From Octopus bimaculoides (lineage: Eukaryota), in contig NC_068999.1 in assembly GCF_001194135.2 (NCBI RefSeq), forward strand, positions 32,767,910 to 32,831,892: DNA of 63,983 nucleotides, in the 5' to 3' direction. A program made the translations under genes and the position numbers. Positions within the stretch are counted from its first letter, which is position 1. Every line of letters starts with the position of its first letter. Shown one piece after another: positions 40,939-55,490 of this stretch. The notes beneath the pieces are model-generated. The model saw only the letters and a program-made list of their open reading frames with translations, searched no databases and had not been told where the DNA came from.

Positions 40939-40987
40939 TATATAGATCAATATATATATATATATATATATATTGATGTATATAGAT

Positions 40988-41036
<49 letters not shown>

Positions 41037-42523
41037 TCAATATGACAGACTTCTTTCAGTTTACGTCTGCCAAATCTACTCACATGGCTTTGGTTGACTT
41101 GAGAAGACAGTGGAAGACACTTGCCCAAAGTGTCACACATTGAAACTGAACCTAGTATCATGTGGTTGGGAAGCAAGCTTCTTATCACACAGCCACAAAT
41201 TGACAAGTTCTCAGTATTACATGAATAATCAGACCAAACTACAGGCAATGATGTTGTTTGGGGTGGTGACCCACAATAGATATCTCCATGAGCAATATCA
41301 ATGATTTGCCTCCTAGTTATTTATAATGGAACAAAATCAGTATTGCAAAGAAAACTGTTTTCCAGAGTTAATCGGTTTAACATGCCTGTTGGGTCTTTCA
41401 GCAGCGGAGCAGTTAGTTCAGGCATTCTTTTTTTTTTCTTATCTTTATATATATATATTCTGGATAAGATTCTGCCTAATATCAGATCATGTAGTGTTTT
41501 TAAAACTAGTCAATCAGAATGCAACATGTCAGTTCCTATACAGTATATGAATTTATCATCATCTTCATCATAACTGTTGTCTCTTGTTTACAATCTAAAA
41601 TAAAACTGTTAATGTATATCACTATGATGTTTGGTATTGAAATCATTTACCATGAATAGGGTAGTCCGTTTTAGTATCCTCAAAGACTTATACACCTGGA
41701 ATTTCTTCATGTGAGTTACAGATGGATTCAAGATGTCTATGATTTTATCTAAGCAGAATTTTTTAAAATATGAAAGAGATGGTTTGTGGTCCGTACAGTT
41801 GGTGAAGTCTCTCAGTTTCTGAATAATTAAATTCAGCACAAGTTGACCTCTTTAATAAATATAGCACTGGGTGGGTTATCCTACTTTAGAATTCTTGATT
41901 TAGCATTTTTAGAATTCTCACATGCATTGATCATTACTGTGACATTTTTGCTGACACCAAACATCTGCACAAGAGAACTTTAAACAAGAGCACTTTTCAA
42001 AATTCTTGAATGCCATTTGGTGAACAATAGTGCAAGCAAGGTTTACATTTTTTTTGGTGCCATTTTACAAATGTTTTAATCATTTCAAAATATTTTGTCA
42101 AATACCACCCATAAAAATTCACCAGTCCTAAAACTAATTATAATTCTTTCTTAGAGAGAAGAAACACACCCAATATTTTCTAGCTGAAACATTGATCTGA
42201 AGAATCACTTCCCTCTGAAATGGAATATCCCAAATATCTTTGTTATTGGTGATGTTTCGATATTGCGAGTTGCACTCAAATGTATGCCATGACAGAATAT
42301 GTCATTTTTTATATATCATCCCCCCAAGGTCCTTTTTATTGTACCTTGTAAAACAGTAGAAGCAATTTTTATGCCAGAAGTCATTCGTGTCCCTCTTAAC
42401 AAAGCATCAGAGATAATGGTTGTGATTTCATTATATATGTATATGTAACTTAGAGATAGAATTTTGAAAAAGTGTGGCCATTGTGTATGCTATGTAATAT
42501 ATTTATATGTATATGTGTGTATG

Positions 42524-42556
<33 letters not shown>

Positions 42557-42904
42557 AAATATGTATGTGTATGAGAGTGTATGCATATAATATATATGTA
42601 CATGTGTGTGTATGTTTATTAAAAAAAAAAAAGAATACATTTCAATGTCAGTTGTTATAATTAACTTGAAAACGATTTCCATTTCGTAGAAATGTTGGTT
42701 TCAATATTTCACAACTGAAAACAGACATTGGTTTATATCGATGTTGGTGTGTTGTTTGGTAGTTTAGACAGGAGAGCGGAGCACAAATCATCTTGTTTAT
42801 TATTTGTTTGTTGTTGTTATACATGGTATTGTAGTTGCTGTACACATTATTGTGCATGCATGCATAAATATGTGTATATATATTTGTGTGTGTACATATA
42901 TATG

Positions 42905-42964
<60 letters not shown>

Positions 42965-44279
42965 TGTATATGTATGTTTATGTATAAGTAGGTACTATGT
43001 GTGTAATTATGTGTGTGTAGGTAGGTAGGTATGTAGCTATACGTTTATAATTCCAAATTTATAAAAGCATTTAGTTATTGTAGATGTTGTTATTGTTGAT
43101 GTTGTACATACTGTTACATACTTTAATTGTAAATGTTGTTATAGATGCTGTAATTTTAAACGATGTTGTTGTTGTCGACGCTGCTGATGATGTTGTTGAT
43201 GCTACTGATGTTGTCAATGTTGCTGTTGTTGTAGATGTTGTTTTGACAGTATATATTTTTAGTTTTTCATCAAATCAAGCTGCTTCTTTGTTCTCTTTTT
43301 GTTGGTTGTTCATATTTCCATATCTTTTTTAATTTTTTCTTTAATGAATTTTTACAACTTTTCTTTTTAAGTTGTTGATTTTTCTGGGTGGGGCTAGGTT
43401 GGTAGAGGGGTATGCAAGTGTCCCCACCCCTTCCCTGTTTGGTTGTAAATTGATATTAAAATATATATTTAGCAGCAACATCAGTAGATATTGTTATACT
43501 TTAGACTGAAACTCTTCAAACTGAAGACAGCTTATGTCATTGTTGATGTGGTAATGGTGGTGGTAGATGTGGAGGAGGTGTGTAATGTTGATGTCGTAGT
43601 GGTGGTAGTAGTATTGGTGCGTGATAGATTTAACTTCTGACTTAAAAATGGTAAATCGTTGATAAAAACTCAGAAATTTTGTATTTTTTATCATCATAGT
43701 TAAGCATCTCAATAGTGATGGTGGTGGTAATGATGGCAGCAGCAGTGGTGGTGGTGGTGGTGGTGGTGGTGGTGGTGTTGTAATGGGGATGTTGATGTCT
43801 GGTGATGGTACAGTATTGGGGATAGTGGTTTTAGTGGGAAGTGATGGTCTTGTGGTGGTGGTGTAGCTGAGATGGTGATGATGCACTATTAGGGACTCTG
43901 ATATAGTAGTCATGATGATAATGACGATGGGATTGTGGTGGTGGCCATGAATTTCCTTTAAACAACTGCAAGGAATCCATTTATAAATCCTAGATCAAAA
44001 GGACTTCAAGGATGAATGTAAATAGCTTGTGAGATATCTCGACATGGTTGCTTGAAATAGCAGTCAAATGACACACTGATGTTTTAAAAAAGGTGGGGGT
44101 ATATTGGGTAGGGTAGTCCTTGCTATCAAAAAACGTATTGATAGCTGGAATGTCTTTGCTCATAGTTTTACTTAATCTAAGTTGATCTAGGATTAAGCAA
44201 CACTTGTAGTTTTATTGTTTAGCCTTGGGTCAGTGTGAGCAAGTATGATCAGTAGTATTGCAAACATGACTATTAACAG

Positions 44280-44334
<55 letters not shown>

Positions 44335-45481
44335 TGGGCGCAGGTGTTGCTATAGGGTAGGAAGCATGTTCCAAGTTCAGTCCTACTGCATGGCACCTTG
44401 GGCAAGTANNNNNNNNNNNNNNNNNNNNNNNNNNNNNNNNNNNNNNNNNNNNNNNNNNNNNNNNNNNNNNNNNNNNNNNNNNNNNNNNNNNNNNNNNNNN
44501 NNNNNNNNTCACTCAACTCCTTCCCTCTCATTGTTTTAACATCTACTTTTCCATGTTTGCATGGGTTAGGCAGGGTTCACTGAGACAGATTTTCTACAGC
44601 TAGATGATACCAAAGTGAATGGCTGAAGTTTCAGAGACTGGGAAACTTGAGGCTTGTGTTATGTATGAAGGCATTCTTTGCACTGTAAATGATGGTGCAC
44701 TACTAGTTGAATGCCTTTCAGTTTTGATGGGTGGTTGAGATTCTTTGGGTATGGTAGGACTTGAGAAATTTAGAGTTTGTTGAGGATGAGGTGCAAAGAA
44801 ACTTGTCTGAAAGAATGGTTTCAGTCACATACCTAGCTGATGAATCAGGAATGAAACACACGTGCTACCAGGGATAAGTGGAATAAAACTGGTGGAATGC
44901 TAACCTGTTGGCTGACTTGAAATACCATAGGATCAAAGGGAAAGAGGGTTCTGTATGTGTAGTATGTGACTGTATGTTGGACAGTTGCCATGAGACAATG
45001 ATCAGAAGATCCAATAGGTGCAGAAACAGGCTACAGGCAATTGGTCTGTTATGTAATAATATTATATATTTTATGTCATAAATGGTTAGCAAGAGCTCCA
45101 TCATTGGCTCTATGTATCCAAAAGACTGACCAATCACTGTATTTCTCTTCATGAGAATAACAAAGAAGTATCCATTACCCAATGTAAAAGACTTTGAAGA
45201 ACACTGCTTTGAAATCCATGGTTAAAATGTAAAAACAAAAAGAAAAAAGAAACAGATAAGAGTTGACAGACCTATCATGCATATAGGCCATAGAGCTAAG
45301 AGATCTATGAAACATAGTCAAAAATTGATTAACCTATCTAACATATAGCATGTGTTGACAAATTTATCAAACAGTTGCAGGGTTGGCAGACCTATCAGAC
45401 ATAGAGCCCAGACTTGACAGACATGTCAAACAGCCACAGATGAGACAGATCAATTAAATATATTACCAACAATTGGTATAT

Positions 45482-45679
45482 TCTTTTGTACTCTAGGCAC
45501 TAGACCCAAAATTTGGGGGGAGGGGCCAGTCGATTAGATCAACTCCAGTACATAACTGGTACTTAATTTATCGACCCCGAGAGGATGAAAGGCAAAGTTG
45601 ACCTCAGAATGTAAAGACAGACGAAATACCGCTAGGCATTTCACCCAGCGTGCTAACATTTCTGCTATCTTGCCACCTT
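45482..45679 (-). mobile_element. SINE family B with 15-bp TSD
   Basis: Family B motifs flanked by caacaattggtatat (45467-45481) and caagaattagtatat (45680-45694). Confidence 0.85.
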
Positions 45680-47780
45680 CAAGAATTAGTATATTACTAA
45701 ACATATAGTAAAAAGTTGATCACCCTTTCAAACAGATGATGTGACATACCTATTAAGCAAACAACCAAAAATTAACAAAGCTATCAAATATACAGCCAAG
45801 ACTTATAGAGCTATTTAACATACAGCCAAGAATTGTTGATACACCTATCAAACAAACAGCCACAGGAATGATCAGGGATTAAACAACACTAAAGGAGTTC
45901 TCTTCCTGCTTGCTTGACCTTAGCATCATCACGAGCTCTGCTGGCTCAACAAACAAAAGGTTAATTTAATTAACAACTTCAATCTCCATCATTTTTACTC
46001 CAACTTAACTCTAACGATTCATGATCATTAAAAGGTCAATCAAACTATTTAACATTTTCACATTGACAAAGATTTTTTTTTTGTTTTTATAAATCATTTT
46101 GTTTCAAGTTTTGTTTTTTTATTTTCTTTTTGTTTTGTTTCACTAACTTTCAGATATCTTTTGTTTCGACCGTCTTGTTGATCATGTTGTCATTGCTGTT
46201 TGATTTCATTTCTTTTTGTTATAATTTTATTTGCTAACTTTTCTATATTTATTTTAGCTTTGTGTCTGTTCATGTGTATATACTTGTGTGAGAGTGTGTG
46301 CATTTCTCTGTATATATGTATGTTTCTTTGTATATGTGTGTGTGTGTTTCTGTCGGTTCATGTTCTCTCTGTGTTTATGTATATATTTCATTGGCATGTA
46401 CGTTTTTCAGTGTGTGTGTGTGTGCATGTACATGTTGTTTCTCTCCATATGTGCTTTCCTATCTATATGTGTGTTTCTCTGTGTGTATATATAATTTCAA
46501 TATTACTCAGTACATGCGTATTATGTTGTGTGTGTATTTATGTCTTATCCACAAAATACTCCAGAATTCCACCCCACTCTCCAGTCTTCCTATAAACTAC
46601 GCTTCCACAATTTTACCATTATCTGCTTCCATGACTGTCTTTCACTTTTGTCGGTATTTTTTTTTAGAAAGATTAATAAGAGGGGAGGAGAGTCACTTGG
46701 TTTTGTTTTTCTTTAATTTTCATTAATTGCTACTAATAACATGTCTTTGTTTCCATAGCAACAGACTTAGTCACCTGCTTTGGTCTGCAATGTAGTTGTT
46801 GCAGTTGTTGTTTCTTCTGTTTTCCGTGATGAATTTCCTCTGGAATGTCTATGGTTTGGTTCTCTAAATGTGATTATATGCACACACGTATATGTATGTT
46901 GTTATGTGTGTATTTTTCTGTGATTCTACTAGGATATGTAAACATGTGTATAACATGATACTCCACCTCTCCTTCTGTGTGTGTACATGGAGGAGAGATT
47001 AAACTCACCATAGACTTGTGTGTTGTGTGTATATGTGTGTATGTACTCATATTCATAGAAAATTGATTTAAATAATGTTGAAAACTTAATTCAGATTTTT
47101 CCTACTTGAAATAATATATGCTTGTTATAATGATGTTATTGAAGCATTAGTGCATTGGGTAAAGAGCTTTGTGCTATCAGTTTGGCCTCTCTGCCTCTGA
47201 GGTTCAAATCCCAGTGAGGTGAGCCGGCCTTTAGCCCTTTACCATATAAATCAGCCATATCCAGCCCAAATATTCCACCTTTTTTTATGTTCAAACCAGC
47301 CAGATCAAGCCGCTTACACTTTATCCTACAAAGTCAACCCAAACATAAACAGCCACATCATTGAAATCTTGAAACTACAAGATAATGAAGAATAAATTCA
47401 AAAACAATGTGAATAAATAAACATTATATTTGACTGAGTAATGTGAATGCTAATTCTTTTGGGATTCAATTAAGGTGGTGCTCCAGCATGGTCGCAGTCA
47501 AACATGTAAAAGACTAAAAGACTCTGCATAAACACTTGGCTCTTAAGTAGTATTTGTAACTTTTCTACCAATGAAATTTGAGTGCATTGCTTTTGGAACC
47601 ACTCACCTGAAGACCTGCAGGTACACAGCTGTTGCTGGATCATAGTAATGCAAGAATGTGTAAAATATGTAAAACATTCAGTAATAACCAGCTGATACTA
47701 ATACACCGAAACAATTATAAGGATAGGATTAAAGCCTGTTCATTCCATCTTCATGTAATATATATATATATATATATATA

Positions 47781-47920
47781 TAGGGCAAATAAGAAAATGG
47801 AGAGGGTATACAATCAACAAGCATCAGCCAGTAAACATTCAATTACATCTAATTATCAATTGATTACAAACGTGTTTAAGTGATACATGTAAACAAATGA
47901 AATCAGTCAATAAATACATA

Positions 47921-47957
<37 letters not shown>

Positions 47958-48503
47958 GAATAATAATAGATGAGTGTACAGATACAAATCCCTTACAGCC
48001 GTTTCTACCATGAGGCATCAAAGTCTTCCAAGTCATCCTCATCACACCATTGATATACAGGAATGAACAAACATTGGGCAGACATTTATCTATTTTTATC
48101 TTATTTTACCCTACTCTATTATTCTAACTGAATTTCCCACATGCTAGTTTCCTAACATTTGTACTCTCAGAAGAAGCCTTGGTGTCCAACCATTGTCCAG
48201 TGTCTGTCCAATATTTGTTCATTCTTGTATATCACTGACGTGATGAGGATGACTTGGAAGACTTTGATGCCTCATGGTAGAAATGGCCATAAGGGATTTG
48301 TATCTGTACACACATCTATTATTATTCATTTATTTTACATATATATATATATATATCTGTTTACATATTTATTGGCTGATTTCATTTGTTTACTTGTATC
48401 ACTTAAACACATGTTTGTAATCAATTAATAAATAGATATAATTGAATGTTTACTGGCTGGTGTTTGTTGATTGTATACCCTTTCCATTTTCTTATTTGCC
48501 TTA
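47781..48503. repeat. Inverted duplication, about 303-bp arms (47781-48084, 48201-48503), 116-bp spacer
   Basis: The arms mirror each other including an internal (TA)n, e.g. gtcttccaagtcatcctcatcac / gtgatgaggatgacttggaagac. Confidence 0.9.
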
Positions 48504-48821
48504 TAAATCCTGGGTAAATTTCTAATTTACCCCCACCCATACCTAGTATTCATTTGCAATATTGCCATGCAATAGGAAGCACTTGGTTAAAAATATGTAG
48601 GTACACATCCAGTAGTATATTGGATATTTAATATCCCTTAGATGGTTTCTTAACCTCTTACTCATACAGACATATATATATAATGAATTCTGCAGATATT
48701 AATAGATTTCCACATGTATATCTAGTAAAAGGAGAATTCCTGCTGGATGATAGCATATCGTAGCCAATACCCATAGAAGAGTTTTGTAAAGCACACTATA
48801 AGTTCATTATCCATACAATAT

Positions 48822-48859
<38 letters not shown>

Positions 48860-48862
<3 letters not shown>

Positions 48863-49590
48863 GGTGTGGTGAATAAACTGTCATCTAAATTGTGATAGCC
48901 TCCAGATGACTTAGGAATCTCCTGCAACTCTTCTGGACGGTCTCTTTGTTTAAGTTGGTGACTGATGCCATAATCCTTGGCTTCAGTTCATCTTTGGTGT
49001 TACAAGGAGTTTTATTGGTCTCTCACTCAACTGCGCCCTACACATAATAATTAAGGAGATTGCAATGTAGGGAGTTAAGTGGCCAGATGTTAGGGGTGAT
49101 GTGGTCGCAGAAATTGTCTGACAGCCATGACTGGGGTCTTCTGCTTGTGTAGCATGGTGCATAGTCTTGTTGCCAGACATAGGTCTTCCAGCAGCCACCC
49201 TCTTGACCCAAGGCAGGACTACCTCCTCCAGGCATTTGATGTAGGCCTCCATGTTGAGTCTGAGACCTTGTGAGAAGATGAATGGAGACATAACATCGCC
49301 ATCACTAGTGATCACTCCAAACACCATGATGTTGGCTAAATGTTTGATTTTTATCACTTTTGGTACTTATCCTCAATGAAATGTTTGTATTGGAGCTTCT
49401 GGAACGAATGCAAAGCAGTACAACATGTCATTTCCAAATTTCTGGCAGAGTGAATTGTGTCGTGGTGCTGTTTTTCTCACAGTGCCGAACTGACCCTACT
49501 ATGCTGTATAGTTGACAAAATCAAAAACAAACAATGCACATGTGTGAAATTAAAAATATAAAATGGCAACAACTTACCCATCACACCCTG
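48860..49590 (-). mobile_element. Internally deleted Tc1/mariner element of the DD37D (maT) type, 731 bp
   Basis: TA|cagggtgtg ... cacaccctg|TA. Transposase remnants MVFGVITSDGDVM and VWQQD-(37 aa)-[D>N]YYV with a frameshift. Confidence 0.85.
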
Positions 49591-50868
49591 TATGTATATG
49601 TATATACACACACACCTAAATATATATGTGTATGTGTGTATATTATTGTTCCAATCTGATGTAGGCTAGTTCAAGAATCAAATGGGATGCCATACAGTAT
49701 CTATCCTGGCCCTTGGTGTTTCAACTGCAACACCACAAATGACTCTGAAACCAAACTACATTTGTCATTATCTTTACCTTGCGCATTGTTATTGGTAATA
49801 AGAAGAGAGGAAATGCATGCGTGATCAGCTACTGGGCCTTCCACTATAAACACCGTTGCCCAGATCTGCACCTTGCAGAAGAGCTTTCTAAGAAAAGAGG
49901 CCCATTGTCAGCCATGATGGAAGGAGACCACAACAGTTAGGAAATCATCATCAGCAGTAGTGTTTTACATCTGATTTTCTATGCTGGCATGGGTTGGATT
50001 AGGCTTCTTGAATCAGTGTTCTTCAACTAGATGTCCTTGATGCCGACCCAGCATAGATAAACTTGACATCATGTAGTGAGTACTCTTTTGTTTGTTACCA
50101 AAACGTGTGTATGTGTATAAATATGTATGTGTGTATGTATATATGTACGTGTGTATACACACACACAAATATTCATATGAATGTATATGTGCATATATAT
50201 ATATCATCATCATCGTTTAATGTCTACTTTTCATGCTAATATGTGTGTGTGTGTATACACACACACACACACACACACACATTCCAGATCATGAAGATAG
50301 ATGTGTGTGTATACACATGTGAAGATCACGTTAGAAACTGATATCGAATAGATTCAATAACATAAAACAAATATAAGTTATTGTTATCTAATTCTTTTTC
50401 TTTGAAATTTGTAATATTTTAATTTTAGAAAGAAGTGAAAAACAATATCGAATAAATTGCAAAATCTGACTAAATCTCACAATTTTTCATGAGATATAGT
50501 TAATTCTGACATCATCATCACCAGCATTATCACCATGATATGCATACATCTGTGTGTGTTTGTATTTATGTATGTGTGCATGTATGTATGTATTTCTATG
50601 TACATCAGATATTTATAACAATGTATCCTCTCGCTATTTTTATTACCAGTTTATGTACTGTAGTCTTTCACTGGTCATTTGTTTTGTGTGATCATTGACT
50701 GGCTATTCATCTAACATGTTTCACTGGTCATTCCTCTAGTATGGTATTTCTTGTGTGGTCTCTGAAAGGTCATTCATTTAATCTGGTCTTTGATTGGTCA
50801 TATGGTAAGTATGGTCTTTCACTGGTCATTCACCTAATGTGGTATTTTGACTTATCATTAATCTAGGA

Positions 50869-51106
50869 CAGTGATTTTTTAACCAGGTTCCCTATGGTCC
50901 TTGAGGGTCCATAGAAGATTTTGTTAAGATTTCTCTGCAATAAATTGGTTATTCTTCTACAATACACAACATATTTCTTAACACTTTTCTTTATACAATT
51001 CCTAATAATATTTAATTATAAAAATAGTGGTATTTTTTTTTATATACTTCAAATGGCTATGAAGGTCCAAGGAATCCATAGGCAAAAAAATGGTTGAGAA
51101 GCACTG
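50869..51106. mobile_element. hAT-type MITE (same family as 33308)
   Basis: cagtgattttttaa ... ttgagaagcactg, 8-bp TSD atctagga/atctcggg. Confidence 0.8.
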
Positions 51107-51350
51107 ATCTCGGGTGATCTTTGACTCATCAGTAATCTTGTTTGGTGTTTGGTTGGTTGTTCCTCTAGTTTGGTGTTTACTGGTCATTTGTCAGATGGTC
51201 TTAGAGTGGTAATTCATTTTCAGTAGGATTTTACTGGTAATTTCTTATACGTGGTCTCTAAGTTTTTATTCACTTAGTGTGGTCCTCATTTGGTCATTCT
51301 TATGTCTGACTCTCCTCTCATTCAATCATCACTTAGTATGTTCCTTTAGT

Positions 51351-51660
51351 GAAGGTGCATGGCTCAGTGGTTAGATCATCGAGCTCACAATCATCAGTTC
51401 AATTCCCAGATTGGGCTGTGTTGTGTTTATTTCACGTTGCTCCAGTTCACTCAGCTGTAGAAATGAGTTGTGACATCACTGGTGCCAAGCTGTGTTGGCC
51501 TTTGCGTTTCCCTTGGATAACATCAGTGGCGTGGAGAGTGGGGCTGGTATGCATGGGCAACTGCTGGTTTTCCATAAACAATCTTGCCTGGACTTGTGCC
51601 TTGGAGGGAAACTTTCTAGGTGCAATCCCATGGTCATTCATGACTGAAGGGGGTCTTTAA
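51351..51660 (+). mobile_element. tRNA-derived SINE family C with TSD
   Basis: A box tggctcagtgg, B-box remnant gttcaattcc, domain ttgctccagttcactcagctg. Flanked by gttcctttagt (51340-51350) and gttcctttact (51661-51671). Homologous to 63729-63983. Confidence 0.9.
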
Positions 51661-53269
51661 GTTCCTTTACTGTGACCATCAATTTGTCGCTCTTCATCTA
51701 GTGCGATTCTCAGAGCTAAATTACCTATTGTTCTCCTTAATTTTCATATGTACATGAGTTATTTCTCACCTCATGTACAATTTGGTCACTCAACAAGTAT
51801 GGCCTTTCATGTCCATCAATTTACTTTTACTCATAAAAGCCCTTTCTTTATGGGAAGGCAATTAATCACCACTCGTCAACTGTACTCTTCTTTTCGTCTT
51901 CAACCTCGATTTAATAACAATATTTCTTTTCCTTTTATAATATTTTCATTTTTTTACAGGGATATTTTTTGAAATACCACTTTAAATATAAACCGGTTTT
52001 CCATTGTCCTTGAAAAGAGTTAGAACATTTCCAGGAACTGTTTCTATTATTTGCCATCATGTCTTCAGAAAGGAAAAAAAAAACAAAACAAAGCAAAACA
52101 AAAAAAAATTACTTTTCCTTATTGATTGTTCTTTTCATCTTATTGGTAGTTTGTTTATTGATGTTTTATGTGGTTCCTTCTCGGAATATGTCATCTGCTA
52201 TCATAAACTTTCAACTTGACAACATTGACATAGCATTGCATTATGGCAACTTGTTGTTGTTGTTTTAGGAGTGGTGTGAGGAGGTTACTTTTCAATTTCT
52301 TTGTTCCCAACCATCTTTTTTCTTGTGTTCTTTCACTCTGCTGGCAACTTTTAGAATTCTTTGTATTCGAAATATCTCTGTTTTGCTTTTGTTATTTTTT
52401 TAAGGAATGTCAGGGGATGGATTTTTCTTTCTCTTTTCTTTTTCTTCTTCCTCCCCATCTGGGATTGTTATACTTCTTCAGCATTGAATCTCACCAATAT
52501 ATTTGCTCTTATACCAACATATGGAATGGGAATATTGGTTGAGATTGCTGAAAAACTGAAGAGGAAGGGATGGGGTGGGTCTACAGAGGAAGAAGTTGGA
52601 TGCTTGGATTGTTGGTTAGTTACATGATGGAAGAGGGGAAATGCATCATGGGAATTTGGTTAGTTTGTCATTCTCAGGAGATGGTAGAAATCTCTTCTCC
52701 CCACTTTTCTTTGCTGACTTGACCTCCTGTTATGCTATGTAATCTAACCTATTGGGGCTAGAGTTTAGGTTGAAGGGTAAATAGCTAGCTTCTTATTGTT
52801 TTCTTTTTCTATTGTAGTTGTTGTTGTTAGAACTATTACTTTTAATGTATTTCTTTTTATCTTCTGCCTTTTAAACCCTTTCTTATACCACTCCACCATC
52901 TACAATCCCCAAAAGTCTTTCTCTCAAAAGTAAATTTTACCAATTCCATAATCCATAACCATTTACCAGCAATATCATCAGCACTACCACCACCCACTAA
53001 CATCACCACCGCCATCACTAACATCACCACCACCATCACTAACATCACCACCACCATCACTATCACAAATACCACTGCCACCACCATAATTAACATTATC
53101 AATACCACCAGCAACACTATTATCACAACCATCACATTCACCAGTTCCATAATCACCATCACACCATTGCTACCAACATTATCACAACCACCAACATTAT
53201 CATCACTATCACCCACCACCAACTTCTTTCCCTCCTCTTTCTCTCTCTCTCTCTCTCTCNNNNNNNNNN

Positions 53270-53313
<44 letters not shown>

Positions 53314-53440
53314 GCATGCATGTACAGCTTTTCCCTTTTTCTTATAGCAAAATAATTTCATCTATTTTGCAAACATTTTGTACTTATTTGCAGATATAAC
53401 CATCAACAGTTGCATCGATTCAGCTGTTTCATTTATGTGA

Positions 53441-53480
<40 letters not shown>

Positions 53481-53736
53481 AAAACAAGCTAACACAATAA
53501 TCAAAATAAGGTTTCTTCCCAGCCCCCTGAGGTCTACAGTTGACCAAAAGGGTCAACCTTGTTTCAATTATTAGATAACCCCAGTTTCTTTTCCCACATA
53601 CACTTATGCTGTAGAAGATGTGGTCTAGTGGTTAGATTATTGAGTTCATAATCACAGAAGTTCAATTCCTAGATTAGTTGGAATGTTGTGCCCCATAACA
53701 AGACAATCCATTTCACATTAGCCCAGTCTACTCAGT

Positions 53737-53976
53737 TTAAATCTTTAGCATTTAAACCGGCCATATCCAGACAAAATATTCTACCTGTTGTAGGTTTAAA
53801 CTGGCCAGATCCAGTGTTTCACACCTACTTTACAATATCATTCATTTTTAGAATGATATTTAAAATGGTCACATCATCAAAATCTCAAAGTTACATGATA
53901 ATCCATGATTAATTCTAAACAATGTGAATAAATAAGCATTACATTTGACAAGATTATCTGAATACTAAAGGGTTAA
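53737..53976. mobile_element. piggyBac-type MITE abutting a SINE D head
   Basis: TTAA|atctttagcatt ... aatactaaaggg|TTAA; interior matches 19741-19967. Confidence 0.75.
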
Positions 53977-54974
53977 AGTAAGGACCAGCTTGGTGATAGT
54001 ACATACAGCCCTTCTCTTCAGCTGTCACATCCTCATTGTTCCACTGGGTCAAAATTGGGACAGCCAAGAAGTCATTTCTATCTGCTCACAATTATACAGA
54101 TATCGGCAACAATTAGTGAGTGCATGGTACATGCTTCGAAGTCATACTTGCTTGTGAGTAATAGCAATGGGTTCTTGTTAACAGAGAATAAACAAAAGCC
54201 AATGTATGTATGTAAACATATATCTACAGTTATATGATCATCTCCAGGACTATTCTGTCTCTGAGATGTGCCCTTATATACACCTGTCTTGCCTCTCTCT
54301 TTCTCCTCATTACCTCTCAAACCATCCCTTTCCATTGTCCAATGTTAAACCAACATGGCGTAACTGTTTAAGAAGCCAAGAATTGTTCTTGTAATCTGTA
54401 GATTTACTATAAAGGTGGTACCAATTCCAAACACAATCTTTCTTGTATATTTGTTCTTTGTAATGGTCAATAATTAGAAATAGATTATAGATTTAATAGG
54501 ATGGAACTTGTGCAAACAGTACTAGCAACACCACCATCGTCACCACTGTCACCATCAACACCACCACCATCATCACCACCACCACCGTTACTCCTGTCAT
54601 CACTGCTATCACCATCACCACTATCATTATCATCATTGTCTTCACCTCCTTCATCATTACTTCACCATTAGTAGCAGTGCCACCACCATTACCATCCTCA
54701 TCATTACATACACCATCAGCATCATCAATGACTGTGTCAGCAGTACATCATCATCATCATTCTTGGTATTTCATTTCATGGTCTGGCACTGACTGCTCTA
54801 TGGATTTCTTGTGGCACTACATGTCCTGGGTTCAAATGTTGCTAAGGTCAGCTGTGCCTTTCTTTCAGGCTTGATAAAATAAAATACCAGTTCAGTACGG
54901 GGGGAAGGGGGTTATATATTGTACTGACCCCCACCTTCAAAATCTCGGGCCATGTACCTTTATTAAATTATTGA

Positions 54975-55490
<516 letters not shown>

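Larger units (their letters stand above)
39793..41196 (-). mobile_element. SINE family A split by a Penelope-like insertion in its central (TA)n
   Basis: 3' half at 39793-40033 and 5' half at 41042-41196 have the same orientation and together make one family A copy. Confidence 0.7.
1004..53269. other. Assembly gaps: 1004-1258, 1870-2402, 4909-5463, 10363-10437, 16524-16533, 25493-25840, 29325-29604, 40034-40205, 44409-44508, 53260-53269
   Basis: N runs, nearly all bordered by dinucleotide repeats. Confidence 0.98.

Noticed and set aside
41609-41839. Minus-strand ORF with NDFNTKH, resembling the GDFN motif of LINE AP-endonucleases
   Set aside because: A single degenerate motif with no other endonuclease motifs; too weak to call.
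44831-44870. CTGATGA-atcaggaat-GAAAC-acacgtgc hammerhead-like string
   Set aside because: Only a 2-bp stem II, no valid NUH triplet closing stem III and no stem I.
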